This document shows, piece after piece, positions 55,091 through 64,000 of a stretch of DNA of 64,000 nt; position 1 is the first letter of the stretch, and each line of letters opens with the position of its first letter. Source of the DNA: an uncultured Verrucomicrobiota bacterium (GTDB lineage Bacteria > Verrucomicrobiota > Kiritimatiellia > CAIKKV01 > CAYSLU01); NCBI GenBank assembly GCA_964431965.1, contig CAYSLU010000013.1:899-64898 (forward strand). The letters are read 5' to 3'. The notes beneath the pieces were generated by a model. That model was not told where the DNA came from. It worked only from the letters and a program-made list of their open reading frames with translations, and did no database searches. Both the position numbers and the translations under genes were made by a program.

Positions 55091-55708
55091 ATGGCGGATC
55101 GATCCATAGCGCGGGAGCGGGCCTACACCCTGGGGTTCATGACGCTGGTGACGCTGGTCATCACCGGCCTGATCGCCGGGCTGCAGCTGCTGACGGCCGA
55201 GCAGGTCGAGCGGAATGAGAAGCTGTTCCTGAAGCGGGCCGTGATGGCGGCGGCCGGGGTTCAGCCTCCCGCCGATGCGGCGGGGATCGAGCGGTGGTAC
55301 GAGGCGCACGCGCGCCCGCTGGACGCGGCGAATCCCCGGGAGCCGGCGTTCGCGGTGGTGGACGAGGCGACGGGCGCGACGCAGGGGTATGTGTTCGTGC
55401 GCAGCGGCGCGGGGCTGTGGGGGACAATCCGGGCCGCGGCCGGCCTGGACGCCGCGCTCGAGCGGTTCACGGGCGTGACCTTCACCGAGCAGCAGGAGAC
55501 GCCGGGGCTCGGGGCGCGCATCGACGAGGCGTGGTACAAGGAGCAGTTCCGGGGTCGGCAGGCTCCGCTCACGCTGCGGCCCGAGGGCACCCGCTCCCGG
55601 GCGGCGGGCGAGGTGGACGCGATTACGGGCGCGACGATCACGAGCCGGGCGGTACAGGGCATTCTGAATCGGACCCGGGCCGGGGCGGCGGCCGCGCTCG
55701 GCCGCTGA
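55091..55708 (+). CDS. nqrC: NqrC/RnfG-family FMN-binding subunit
   Basis: It has a single N-terminal TM helix and the DAITGATITS FMN-attachment motif. Confidence 0.8.
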   Translation: MADRSIARERAYTLGFMTLVTLVITGLIAGLQLLTAEQVERNEKLFLKRAVMAAAGVQPPADAAGIERWYEAHARPLDAANPREPAFAVVDEATGATQGYVFVRSGAGLWGTIRAAAGLDAALERFTGVTFTEQQETPGLGARIDEAWYKEQFRGRQAPLTLRPEGTRSRAAGEVDAITGATITSRAVQGILNRTRAGAAAALGR

Positions 55709-55729
55709 GGCCGGCGCGGGGAGGGCGAC

Positions 55730-56362
55730 ATGGCACAATCCAAGGTGCGGCGGGTATTCCTCGACAACATGGGGGCGAACAACCCGGTCTTTGTTCAGAT
55801 CCTGGGGATCTGCTCGACGCTGGCCGTGACGAACGTGGTCCTGAACACGATCGTCATGTGCGTGGGGCTCATCTACACGACGGCGCTGTCGAATCTGACG
55901 GTGTCCGCGCTGCGGCGCTGGATCCCGTCGCGCATCCGCATGATGGTCGAGGTGCTGATCATCGCCGCGTACGTGATCGTCGTGGACCTCGTGCTTCGCG
56001 CCTTCTACCCGGACATCTCGCGCCAGCTCGGGCCGTACGTGGGGCTGATCATCACCAACTGCATCGTGATGGGGCGAACCGAGGCGTTTGCGCTGAGCAA
56101 TCCGCCCTTCCTGTCCTTTGTGGACGGGCTGTCGGCGGGGCTTGGCTATTCGTACATCCTGCTGCTGATCTCGGTGCTGCGGGAGCTGCTGGGCTCCGGG
56201 ACGATCCTGGGGTTCCGCGTGATGGCGGCGGGGTGGGTGAACTGGTCGATCATGGTCATGGCGCCGGGCGCGTTCTTTATGCTGGCAGTGCTGATCTGGA
56301 TCATCCGCGTGTACTGGCTGAAACCGAAGGCGGCCGCCGGCGGGCAGCCGGCCGGCGCGTGA
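55730..56362 (+). CDS. nqrD: NqrD/RnfE-family membrane subunit
   Basis: NNPVFVQILGICSTLAVT is a typical NqrD/RnfE N-terminus. The protein is 210 aa with six TM helices. Confidence 0.85.
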   Translation: MAQSKVRRVFLDNMGANNPVFVQILGICSTLAVTNVVLNTIVMCVGLIYTTALSNLTVSALRRWIPSRIRMMVEVLIIAAYVIVVDLVLRAFYPDISRQLGPYVGLIITNCIVMGRTEAFALSNPPFLSFVDGLSAGLGYSYILLLISVLRELLGSGTILGFRVMAAGWVNWSIMVMAPGAFFMLAVLIWIIRVYWLKPKAAAGGQPAGA

Positions 56363-56372
56363 GAGGGCGGCG

Positions 56373-56972
56373 ATGAGCGAGTTTGCAGGGTGTCTGACCA
56401 TCTTTTTCGCGGCGATCTTCACGGGCAACATCCTGCTCACGAACTACCTGGGGATGTGCTCGTTCCTCGCTGTGTCGCGGGAGGTGAAGACCTCCGTGGG
56501 GCTGGGGGCCGCCGTGGTGCTGGTGATGACCGCGACGAACGTCCTGAACTGGCTCGTCTACACCTACGTGCTGGTCCCGCTGCATCTGGACTACCTGCGG
56601 TTCATCGTGTTCATCGTGGTGATCGCCGGGTTCGTGCAGGTGGTGGAGATGATCATCGAGCGCGTGTCGGACGCCTTGTACGCCGCGCTGGGGATCTTCC
56701 TGCCGCTCATCACGGTCAACTGCGCCGTGCTGGGCGCGGCGCTGTTCATGATCATCCGCGAGTACACGCTGGCCGAGTCGTTCGCCTACGGGCTGGGCGG
56801 CGGGATCGGGTGGGCGGTGGCGATCATCGCGATGGCGGGCATCCGGCAGAAGCTGGCCGCCGCCCGGATTCCGAAGGGCCTGGAGGGGGCGGGCATTGCC
56901 CTCATCATCGCGGGCATCATGTCGCTGGCCTTCGTCGGCTTCAACGGCATGCTGAGTGGGGGTGGCCAGTGA
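56373..56972 (+). CDS. nqrE: NqrE/RnfA-family membrane subunit
   Basis: NILLTNYLGMCSFLAVS is a typical NqrE/RnfA N-terminus. Length is 199 aa. Confidence 0.85.
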   Translation: MSEFAGCLTIFFAAIFTGNILLTNYLGMCSFLAVSREVKTSVGLGAAVVLVMTATNVLNWLVYTYVLVPLHLDYLRFIVFIVVIAGFVQVVEMIIERVSDALYAALGIFLPLITVNCAVLGAALFMIIREYTLAESFAYGLGGGIGWAVAIIAMAGIRQKLAAARIPKGLEGAGIALIIAGIMSLAFVGFNGMLSGGGQ

Positions 56973-56991
56973 GCCGCGGGGGGGCGTGCGC

Positions 56992-58092
56992 ATGCTGACG
57001 GCCCTGTTGATCGCGGTGGGCGCGATGTGCGCCATCACGGCGGGGCTGACCGTCGCGATCCTGATCGCCGAGGCGACCGTCGGCAACTACGGCGAGATCC
57101 GCCTGACGGTCAACGGCAAGCGGGACCTGACCGTGACGGGCGGCCGGCCCCTGCTCGGGGCGCTCCGGGATCACGGGATCTTCATCCCCTCGGCCTGCGG
57201 CGGGCGCGGCTCGTGCGGGCTGTGCAAGCTGAGCATCCCGGACGGAGGCGAGCCGGTCGCGACGGAGCTGCCGTGGCTGAGCAAGGACGAGGTGGCCCGG
57301 AAGGTCCGCCTATGCTGTCAGGTCAAGGTGAAGCGCCCGCTGCGCATTGAGATTCCCGAGGAGCTGCTCAGCGTCCGCCAGTACCGCACCGTCGTCACCG
57401 AGATCCGCGACCTCACGCACGACATCAAGGAAGTCCGGCTCCGCCTGGAGGACCCCCCGGAGATGGAGTTCGTCCCCGGCCAGTTCGTCCAGTTCGAGGT
57501 GCCGCCCTATGACCTGACTGACGAGCCGGTCTATCGCGCCTACTCCATCTCGTCGGACGCCCGGAACCGCGGCGAGATCGAGCTTCAGGTCCGGTATGTG
57601 CCGAACGGGATCTGCACGACCTACGTGCACCAGCACCTGAGGGTGGGCATGCCGGCGGTCATCAACGGCCCGTACGGCGACTTCCGCCTGCAGGACACGC
57701 AGCGCGAGATCGTCTTCGTGGCCGGCGGGTCGGGCATGGCGCCGATCCGGAGCATGCTGCTGCACATGGCGGCCACGCGCAACCCGCGGAAGGCCCGCTA
57801 CTACTACGGGGTCCGCTCGCGCCGCGACCTGTATCTGGTGGACGAGATGCGGGAGCTGGAGCGGACGATCCCGGACTTCCGGTTCATCCCCACGCTGAGC
57901 CGCAGCCAGCCGGAGGACCAGTGGAACGGCGAGAAGGGGCGGGTCACGGTCATCGTGGATCGCGAGGTGCCCGCCGGCGCGGATGCGGAGGCCTACCTGT
58001 GCGGCAGCCCCCTGATGATCGATGCCTGCGTGGAGATCCTGAAGGCCAAGGGGCTGCCCGGAAGCCGGATCTTCTTCGACAAGTTCGCGTGA
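56992..58092 (+). CDS. nqrF: NqrF-type subunit: TM anchor, 2Fe-2S ferredoxin and an FAD/NADH-binding FNR-like domain
   Basis: MLTALLIAVGAMCAI is the TM anchor. The ferredoxin cysteines are CGGRGSCGLCK...CCQ. RAYSISS is the FAD motif, and VAGGSGMAP is the NAD motif. The track ORF starts at 56956, overlapping nqrE. Confidence 0.85.
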   Translation: MLTALLIAVGAMCAITAGLTVAILIAEATVGNYGEIRLTVNGKRDLTVTGGRPLLGALRDHGIFIPSACGGRGSCGLCKLSIPDGGEPVATELPWLSKDEVARKVRLCCQVKVKRPLRIEIPEELLSVRQYRTVVTEIRDLTHDIKEVRLRLEDPPEMEFVPGQFVQFEVPPYDLTDEPVYRAYSISSDARNRGEIELQVRYVPNGICTTYVHQHLRVGMPAVINGPYGDFRLQDTQREIVFVAGGSGMAPIRSMLLHMAATRNPRKARYYYGVRSRRDLYLVDEMRELERTIPDFRFIPTLSRSQPEDQWNGEKGRVTVIVDREVPAGADAEAYLCGSPLMIDACVEILKAKGLPGSRIFFDKFA

Positions 58093-58114
58093 TGGAAAGG
58101 GCGGAGGTGGACCC

Positions 58115-58594
58115 GTGAAGCAGAGCCCGGTCTATGATCGCATCGAGGCCGCCATGCGGCCTGGCGCCATCACGCGCGACGGTTTCCTGGGGGCTGACAC
58201 CCGGCGGCTGTCCGAGATCCTGGATGCCGATGCGGGGGATGTGAAGCGCCTCGGGTTCTCGCACCAGGCGCTGGCCGCGCGGATGCGCGCTCTGCGCGAC
58301 GCGGCCGCCGCCGGGCTGGGCGAGCCGATCGAGGTGGGCGAGCACCTCGAGGTGCGGGTCGATGCCGCCCGCGGGCGCCTCCCGTGTCCGTTCGGCGACT
58401 GCGGGCTCCACGAGAAGACCTTCGTCGTAGCGCGGAACCGGCGCACCGGACGCGAGCTCACGTATTCCGACTTGAACATCCACCTCATCGAGCGCCACGG
58501 GTTCTACGAGGGGCTGGGCGCGGCGTTCCGGGTGGCGCCGGCCGACATCGTGGCCGTGCTGGAGCCCGAGCCGGATCCGCGGGAGGGAGCATGA
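58115..58594 (+). CDS. hypothetical protein (GTG start)
   Basis: The protein is 159 aa, and GGAGGTGG precedes the GTG at 58115. A CPFGDCGLHEK Cys pair is present. No family was recognised. Confidence 0.5.
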   Translation: MKQSPVYDRIEAAMRPGAITRDGFLGADTRRLSEILDADAGDVKRLGFSHQALAARMRALRDAAAAGLGEPIEVGEHLEVRVDAARGRLPCPFGDCGLHEKTFVVARNRRTGRELTYSDLNIHLIERHGFYEGLGAAFRVAPADIVAVLEPEPDPREGA

Positions 58595-59247
58595 GCGCGC
58601 CGCGCGCATCGGCGGGCGGATCGCGGTTTGACCGGATGGCGGCCGAGTGGGATTCGAACCCGGGGCGCGTGCGCGTCGCGGGAGCGGTGGCGGACGCCAT
58701 TCGCCGGCGGATTCCGCTCTCGGCCGGCATGCGCGTCCTCGACTACGGAAGCGGCACCGGCCTGCTGGCCTTGGCCCTGCTGCCGCAGGTCGGACCCGTG
58801 ACCGCGGTGGATCGGTCCGAGGGCATGCTGAAGGTGCTGGCCGGTAAGGTTCGCCTGGGCGGGATCGGGAACGTGGACGTCTGCTTCGGGGATGCCGAGG
58901 CCGGGCCTCTGGCCGAGCGAGGGTTCGACGCGGTCGTGAGCTCCATGACGCTCCATCACGTGCGGGATGCGCGGCGGGTCCTGCGTCGGCTGGCGGCGGT
59001 ACTCAAGCCCGGCGGGTGGCTCGCGGTGGCGGATCTGGACGCCGAGGACGGAACGTTTCACGACGATCCGGAGGGAATCCATCACTTCGGATTCGAGCGC
59101 CGGATCGTGCGGGAGTACCTGCGCGCCGCCGGCCTGGTACGCGTGACCGCCGTCACCGTGCACCGCATCGAGAAGCCCGGCTGCGACGGCCATCCCCGTG
59201 TCTACCCGGTGTTCCTCGCGGCCGGCCGCAAGCCGTCCCGGTTGTAG
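58591..59247 (+). CDS. class I SAM-dependent methyltransferase
   Basis: The ATG at 58591 overlaps the upstream stop (ATGA), and GGGAGGGAG lies upstream. VLDYGSGTG is motif I, and AVLKPGGWLAVADL is the post-II block. Confidence 0.75.
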   Translation: MSAPRASAGGSRFDRMAAEWDSNPGRVRVAGAVADAIRRRIPLSAGMRVLDYGSGTGLLALALLPQVGPVTAVDRSEGMLKVLAGKVRLGGIGNVDVCFGDAEAGPLAERGFDAVVSSMTLHHVRDARRVLRRLAAVLKPGGWLAVADLDAEDGTFHDDPEGIHHFGFERRIVREYLRAAGLVRVTAVTVHRIEKPGCDGHPRVYPVFLAAGRKPSRL

Positions 59248-59271
59248 GAGCGACGTCCGGAGTCCGGATCG

Positions 59272-59619
59272 TCAGCCGAACGTTCCGCCGTTGTGTCCCC
59301 AGTTCGCGGCGGCGATTTCGATGAAGTTGATGTAGACGCGGTCGGGCGGGACGCCGAGCACTTCCTTGAGGGTTCGGCAGATCCGCTCGGCGAGCTTCTG
59401 GTTGGCGTCCGCAGTGAGACCGCCGATCGAGCGCACATCGACGAATGCCCCCGGTCCGGCCTTGCCGCCCAGCAGCACGCAGCCGGTCTCGACCGTCACC
59501 ATGGTGTAGCGCTCAGGCTTGCCGGTGACCTCCGTGATGGCTCGATACACGTCGCCGCAGAGGGAGTCGCGGCGTTCGGGATCGACAGTGGCTGACGTCA
59601 GGATCTTTACGAGCGGCAT
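59272..59619 (-). CDS. MIF / phenylpyruvate tautomerase-family protein
   Basis: The in-frame ATG at 59619 gives MPLVKILTS..., with the catalytic Pro1 after Met removal. The ~115 aa size is typical of the family. The remainder of the 182-aa track ORF is noise. Confidence 0.75.
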   Translation of the reverse strand: MPLVKILTSATVDPERRDSLCGDVYRAITEVTGKPERYTMVTVETGCVLLGGKAGPGAFVDVRSIGGLTADANQKLAERICRTLKEVLGVPPDRVYINFIEIAAANWGHNGGTFG

Positions 59620-59829
59620 GGCGGCACCTCCTGCAAGTCGGTCTTCAGCCCGCCGGACGGGGCGGCGCACGTCCCCCAGCGTCCGGCCGGCAAGTCCAGA
59701 GTATACCCGAATCGACACCCGCACCAAGTTTGCAATGCGCGCAAACGGGACGAGGCGGCGGCTCTCTCGGAGGGCACGCATGGCGCGCCGGCGAACGTGG
59801 CTCGTGCGCGGCCGCTGCAAGCCCCGCCC

Positions 59830-61596
59830 TCACGGTCCGGCGATGGGGTAGGGCGGGTGGACGCCGAAGGCCCGGGCCACCGCGTCCAGTTCGTCGCGGA
59901 TGCGATCGTCGCGGGTCCGGATGTACTGGCCGTAGAGGTAGTAGACCTTCTGCCAGGCCCAGCGCTCGCGCAGGTCCTCGCCGGCCTCCGGCGCGGCGGC
60001 CAGATCCACGTCGAACAGCATGTCGCCGGCGCGGTCGCCCGCCCGGCCCGCGGCGTGGAACACGAGCCGCTTCTGTCCGCGCGGGATGCGTCCGTAGAGC
60101 ACCAGCGGGCGGTCCAGGTAGAGGTTGGCGGGGAGCGCCGGGTAAACCTCGCAGGGCACCGAGCGGGGGAAGCCGAACCGGAGGTCCGTGAGCACCGGCC
60201 GGGCCACCTCTGCCGCCCGGCCGGCGATCGCCTCCGGAAGCTCCCATCGGCCGCGCGTGATGACCTCGGAGTCGCCGCGGTTGAGGCGGCTGAGCAGGTC
60301 CAGCAGGTATCCGTTGGCCGTGCGGGCCGTGCCCAGCGTGAAGATCGAGATGGCGCCGTCGCTCTCCCGGCTGAACTCGCCGATGATCCGCGGGCTGCTC
60401 GTCAGGCCCACGGTCGGGACGCCGTCGCTCACGACCACGGCGATCAGCGGGCGCCCCGGGGTACGAGGCATCCGCAGAAGCTCGCCGAGCGAGCGGTAGA
60501 TGTCCGTGTTGCCGGAGGACTTCAGGCCGGAGATGAACTGCGCCGCGGCCGCGATGGCGCCGGCGCTGTTGGTGGCCCAGCCGGGGAAGCATGGCTCGAC
60601 GGTCTCCCGGAAGCCGAGCACGTTGAACCGGTCGCCGGGCTGCACCGACGCGAGCGCGCGGGCCAGCCCGTCGCGGCAGAAGTGCAGGCGCTGCTCGGTC
60701 ATGCTGGCCGAGCAGTCCTGCACGAAGACGATATCCTTTGGGATCGCGGGGATGCCGTCCGACTCCCGGGAGATTCCGATCTCGACGTACACGTGCGCGA
60801 GGTCGCGGATCGTGCTGTAGGTGCGCACGTCGACGCGCAGCAGGCGCTCGAGCGGCCGCGCGCCGGTGACCGACTCGGCGGTCTCGCGAAGCGCCTCGGG
60901 CGGCTGGCGCTCGATGTTGTCCGCGGGGCGCGGGGGGCGGCCCGGCCGGCCGACGCGCGGCCCGGGCGCGGACACGGCGTCGAGCGTGCCGGACGGGGAG
61001 CCCGGGCGGGCAAAGTCGTCGCGGGCACCCGGCGGCAGCGGGAGCGCCGACCCGCGGTCCGCGGGCGGCACGAAGTCGGCGGCCCGGGACGTGCGGGTAA
61101 TGTCCGCGACGAAGGTCCGCGGGAGGGCCGAGGCGGCGTCGGGGATCGACGGGTGGCTCATCCTCAGGATGTCGAGGTGCGGGTCCATGTCGGCGCGGGG
61201 GCCGGGCTGAACCGGCGCCGCCTTCGCCGTGGTCTCGCCCGCCCGCGCTTCGGCCGGGAGGATGCGGGGCTCGAAGAGCGACTCGGCGGGCGCGGCCCGG
61301 GCGGCGCCCGCCTCGCCGGGCAGGCCGGGCTGGGTGTCGGGCGCCTCGGGTCGCAGCCGCTCGGGGCGGCTGAAGTCCAGGCTTTCAGCGCCTCGCTCGA
61401 TCCGCTCGACACGGGTGGCCGGGGACTGGCGCTGCCGGATCGCCTGCGCCACGGTGCCGAACGAGAGACTGGGGAAGCGGTAAATGAGAAAGGCGTGGAT
61501 GATCAGCGACCCGACGATCGCGATGGCGGCGTAAGAATCACGCCGCCGCCTCAGTCGCCGCTCGATCCAGGACAGCTCGGTGTTCACGGGTTCCAC
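59830..61596 (-). CDS. membrane-anchored vWA-domain protein (BatA/BatB-like)
   Basis: It has an N-terminal TM helix (AAIAIVGSLIIHAFLIY). The vWA MIDAS motif is VFVQDCSASM...SGNTDI. Length is 588 aa. Confidence 0.75.
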   Translation of the reverse strand: MEPVNTELSWIERRLRRRRDSYAAIAIVGSLIIHAFLIYRFPSLSFGTVAQAIRQRQSPATRVERIERGAESLDFSRPERLRPEAPDTQPGLPGEAGAARAAPAESLFEPRILPAEARAGETTAKAAPVQPGPRADMDPHLDILRMSHPSIPDAASALPRTFVADITRTSRAADFVPPADRGSALPLPPGARDDFARPGSPSGTLDAVSAPGPRVGRPGRPPRPADNIERQPPEALRETAESVTGARPLERLLRVDVRTYSTIRDLAHVYVEIGISRESDGIPAIPKDIVFVQDCSASMTEQRLHFCRDGLARALASVQPGDRFNVLGFRETVEPCFPGWATNSAGAIAAAAQFISGLKSSGNTDIYRSLGELLRMPRTPGRPLIAVVVSDGVPTVGLTSSPRIIGEFSRESDGAISIFTLGTARTANGYLLDLLSRLNRGDSEVITRGRWELPEAIAGRAAEVARPVLTDLRFGFPRSVPCEVYPALPANLYLDRPLVLYGRIPRGQKRLVFHAAGRAGDRAGDMLFDVDLAAAPEAGEDLRERWAWQKVYYLYGQYIRTRDDRIRDELDAVARAFGVHPPYPIAGP

Positions 61597-63953
61597 CGGC
61601 TTTCCGGGTAGCGGCGCTTGAGCTCCGCGAGCGCCTTGTCGTGATCGGCCGCCCGGCCCAGCCGGTCGAATGCGTCAGCCGCTGCCCGGAGGCATTCGGG
61701 CACGAGCTCCGGGTCGTCGAAGAGCAGCGCCACGGCCAGGAAATAGCGGGCCGCGGCTTCCGCGTCGCCTCGGGCCCGCGCGGAGCGGCCGAGCGCGGCA
61801 TACGCCTGCACGCGGATGCCGAGGGTGCGATCGTCCGACGCGAGCTGGGCGGCCTGCTCGAGGTAGCGGACCGCGGCGGCGTGGTTGGTGCGCGCGATGG
61901 CGATTTCGCCGAGCCGGAGCGCGGCCTCGGCGCCATAGGGGGTGGTGGCCTTGGCGGAGAGGGCACGGGTGAACGCCTGCTCGGCGTCGGCCGGGCGGCC
62001 CTGGCCCAGGTAGGCGCGTCCGGCGAGCGACCAGCCGATCTGCTGCCAGGACGGGTTGTTGGTGGCGGCGGCGACGAGGCGGGCCGGAGCGACGGCCCGG
62101 TCGAACTCGCGGCGCTGGATCCGGTACTCGGCGAGCCACTCCATGAGCTCCGGCCTCAGCTCGGGCCGGGCTGGCGAGTCCACCAGCTCCTGGAGCAAGC
62201 CGGCGGCCTCGTCGGGCTGGCCCAGCTTCTGCAGGGCGCTGGCCAGCCGCAGGCGGATCTTCTGCGTGAGCTCGGGGGGCGGCTGGGCGGCGAGGGCGGC
62301 GCGGAGGGCCGGCTCGGCGTCCGCCGGGCGCCCGGTCTCGAGGAGCAGCGTGCCGATCCAATGGTTGGCATCGGCGGCGTGGCCGGTGGCCGGGTAGCGG
62401 GCCAGCAGGTCGCGCAGCGTGGCGATTGCGTCCGCATCGCGCCGCATGAAGGCCTCGGTCATCCCCTTCTGATAGAGGGATTCCTCGGTGTAGGGGCCCC
62501 GCGGGAAGCGCTGGGCCACGAGCCCCCAGTTGCGCACGGCCGACTCGTGGCGCTGCGCGCGCGCCAGGCAGGCGGCCGCGGCGAACAGCGCCTGCGCCGC
62601 GAGGTCGGTTGAGTTGGTCCCGGCCGCGGCCTCGTACAGCGCGGCGGCCTGGCCGGGGTCGCCGCGCTCCTGAAGCAGGCGGGCCAGGCGGAACCGGGCG
62701 TCGGGCGCGAGGGGGTCGGAGGGGAACTGATCCGCGAACAGCCGGTAGAACTGGGTCGCGTCGTCCGGCTGCTTGACGGCGGCGTACGACTCGGCCAGCA
62801 GCCAGTAGACATCGCGCTGGAGCACGCCGGGCCCGGAGACCAGCGGACGGGCGGAGCGGGCGGCGTCCGCGAAGCGTCCGAGCCGGAACAGCGCGGCCGC
62901 CTGCTCGTAGGCGGCGTAGGGGGCCAGCCGGTGCTGCGGGTACTCGTCGAGCAGCGCGGCATACGCGCGGACGGCGGCTTCGTCGTCCATGAGCTGGCGC
63001 CGGGCGTTCGCCTGCAGGTACAGCCAGTCGGGCCGGTCGGCGCCGGCGGAGGCGTTGGTTACGGCGGTCGAGCATCGGCGCAGGCAGTCCGCGTACAGCC
63101 CCGCGTAGAAGTCGGCCCATGCGGCCTGGAGTCGGGCCTCAGGCACGCGGCGGTCGCCCGGGTGGCGCGTGAAGAGCTGGCCGTACGCCTGAGCGCTGAG
63201 GGCGAACTCCTTGCGCCGGAAGCGGAGCTCTCCCAGCTGGAAGAGCGCCTCGGCCGCGACGCGGTTGGTGCCGGGCGCGGTGGCGGCGGCGGCGTAGAGC
63301 TCGGCCGCCCGCGCGCTGGCGGGATCGCTCTGCGCGAGTATCCCGGCCAGGGCCAGTTGGGCGGCCGGCTGGTATTCCGCCGCGGCGGGATCGCGGACGA
63401 CGGCCTCGAACATCGCGGCGGCTTCGTCGCGGTCGCCCCGGCGCAGCGCGCCATCCCCGAGCGCGCAGCGCGCGGCCGCCGCGAGGTCGGGCGGCGGCCC
63501 GTCCTTGAGGAGCGCCCGGAGGGTGGCGACGGACTCGGCTGCGCGATCGCCGTCGCGCTGGAGCTCCGCCAGGCGGAAGGCCGCGCGGAAGCGGAACGGG
63601 CTCTTCGGATGCTCGCCGACCACGCGGGCGTAGGCCCGCTCGGCCGCGGTGGGGCTGCCGGTGAGCCGCTGGCTCTCGGCGATCCGGAAGAGCACCGAAT
63701 CGGCCTTCGGGGTGTCGGGGAAGTCGCGCAGGAAGGCCTCGTACTCGCGGATCGCCATGTCGTACATCGCCCGGGAGTAGAGCGCGTCGGCGAACTGCAG
63801 CCGGTCGTCGGCCTGCAGCCCGGCCGCGGGCGGGGCGAGCGCCAGCGCGCAGAGGGCGATCGCGGCCAGGCGCCGGGCGGCGCTCGCGGAGAGCCGGATG
63901 TGGCGGGCGGTTGACACGGATGCCTCCCGGGCGCTCGGGCGGAGTCTGCTCAT
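61584..63953 (-). CDS. secreted tetratricopeptide-repeat protein
   Basis: It has a signal peptide and more than 15 TPR-like Ala/Leu/Tyr-rich repeats. It overlaps the vWA start by 13 nt. Confidence 0.75.
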   Translation of the reverse strand: MSRLRPSAREASVSTARHIRLSASAARRLAAIALCALALAPPAAGLQADDRLQFADALYSRAMYDMAIREYEAFLRDFPDTPKADSVLFRIAESQRLTGSPTAAERAYARVVGEHPKSPFRFRAAFRLAELQRDGDRAAESVATLRALLKDGPPPDLAAAARCALGDGALRRGDRDEAAAMFEAVVRDPAAAEYQPAAQLALAGILAQSDPASARAAELYAAAATAPGTNRVAAEALFQLGELRFRRKEFALSAQAYGQLFTRHPGDRRVPEARLQAAWADFYAGLYADCLRRCSTAVTNASAGADRPDWLYLQANARRQLMDDEAAVRAYAALLDEYPQHRLAPYAAYEQAAALFRLGRFADAARSARPLVSGPGVLQRDVYWLLAESYAAVKQPDDATQFYRLFADQFPSDPLAPDARFRLARLLQERGDPGQAAALYEAAAGTNSTDLAAQALFAAAACLARAQRHESAVRNWGLVAQRFPRGPYTEESLYQKGMTEAFMRRDADAIATLRDLLARYPATGHAADANHWIGTLLLETGRPADAEPALRAALAAQPPPELTQKIRLRLASALQKLGQPDEAAGLLQELVDSPARPELRPELMEWLAEYRIQRREFDRAVAPARLVAAATNNPSWQQIGWSLAGRAYLGQGRPADAEQAFTRALSAKATTPYGAEAALRLGEIAIARTNHAAAVRYLEQAAQLASDDRTLGIRVQAYAALGRSARARGDAEAAARYFLAVALLFDDPELVPECLRAAADAFDRLGRAADHDKALAELKRRYPESRWNP

Positions 63954-63975
63954 GGCGCCGTCGGCCGCTCCGCGG

Positions 63976-64000
63976 TCAGCGCGGCGAACGAGATGTTCCA
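63976..64000 (-). CDS. 3' end of an unidentified upstream minus-strand gene (partial)
   Basis: The reverse complement reads ...WNISFAAL followed by a stop at 63976-63978. It is too short to classify. Confidence 0.2.

Noticed and set aside
58631-58650. GGGATTCGAACCCGGGG, resembling the reverse complement of a tRNA T-arm/TΨC loop
   Set aside because: On the minus strand it would give only a 3-bp T-stem, there is no complementary acceptor 5' half ~70 nt away, and it lies inside a well-supported methyltransferase coding frame (MAAEWDSNPGRV). It is a coincidental match.

Overview
This is a high-GC (~70%) bacterial chromosomal segment with dense coding on both strands and many noise ORFs antisense to real genes. 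Shine-Dalgarno sites (GGAGG-like) sit 5-10 nt upstream of most starts, and ATGA/GTGA start-stop overlaps are frequent. I called about 50 genes. They include ileS (partial, minus strand, reaches the window edge) and uvrC. A five-gene glycogen/alpha-glucan operon on the minus strand runs from a debranching enzyme through a GT4 and a GH57 to a GT3 glycogen synthase fused to a GT35 phosphorylase, with a co-translated MBL/beta-CASP RNase at the end. A six-gene two-component signalling operon has three sensor kinases and three response regulators with duplicated modules. Envelope glycosylation genes are present: a GT2 polyprenol-phosphate glycosyltransferase, a GT39/ArnT-like membrane protein, uppP and a BNR sialidase-like protein. 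There is a sugar-phosphate/glycerophosphodiester cluster. A sulfur-oxidation/detoxification cluster has a secreted CstB-like persulfide dioxygenase-rhodanese, a split YeeE/YedE (TsuA-like) transporter whose second half is fused to three rhodanese domains, and an AI-2E transporter. Other genes include a TonB-dependent receptor, an MFS transporter, a NYN+OST-HTH protein with a YceH partner, an nqrBCDEF cluster with no nqrA, a MIF tautomerase, and a vWA/TPR pair. The most unusual non-coding feature is a ~305-bp tandem direct repeat (2 full copies plus a partial third) full of palindromic hairpins at 32061-32696. A 21-nt motif inside it, GATACGAGACAGCTCGACGGA, recurs exactly 19 kb away just upstream of the NYN gene. 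No tRNA, rRNA, CRISPR array or obvious transposase/integrase was found.
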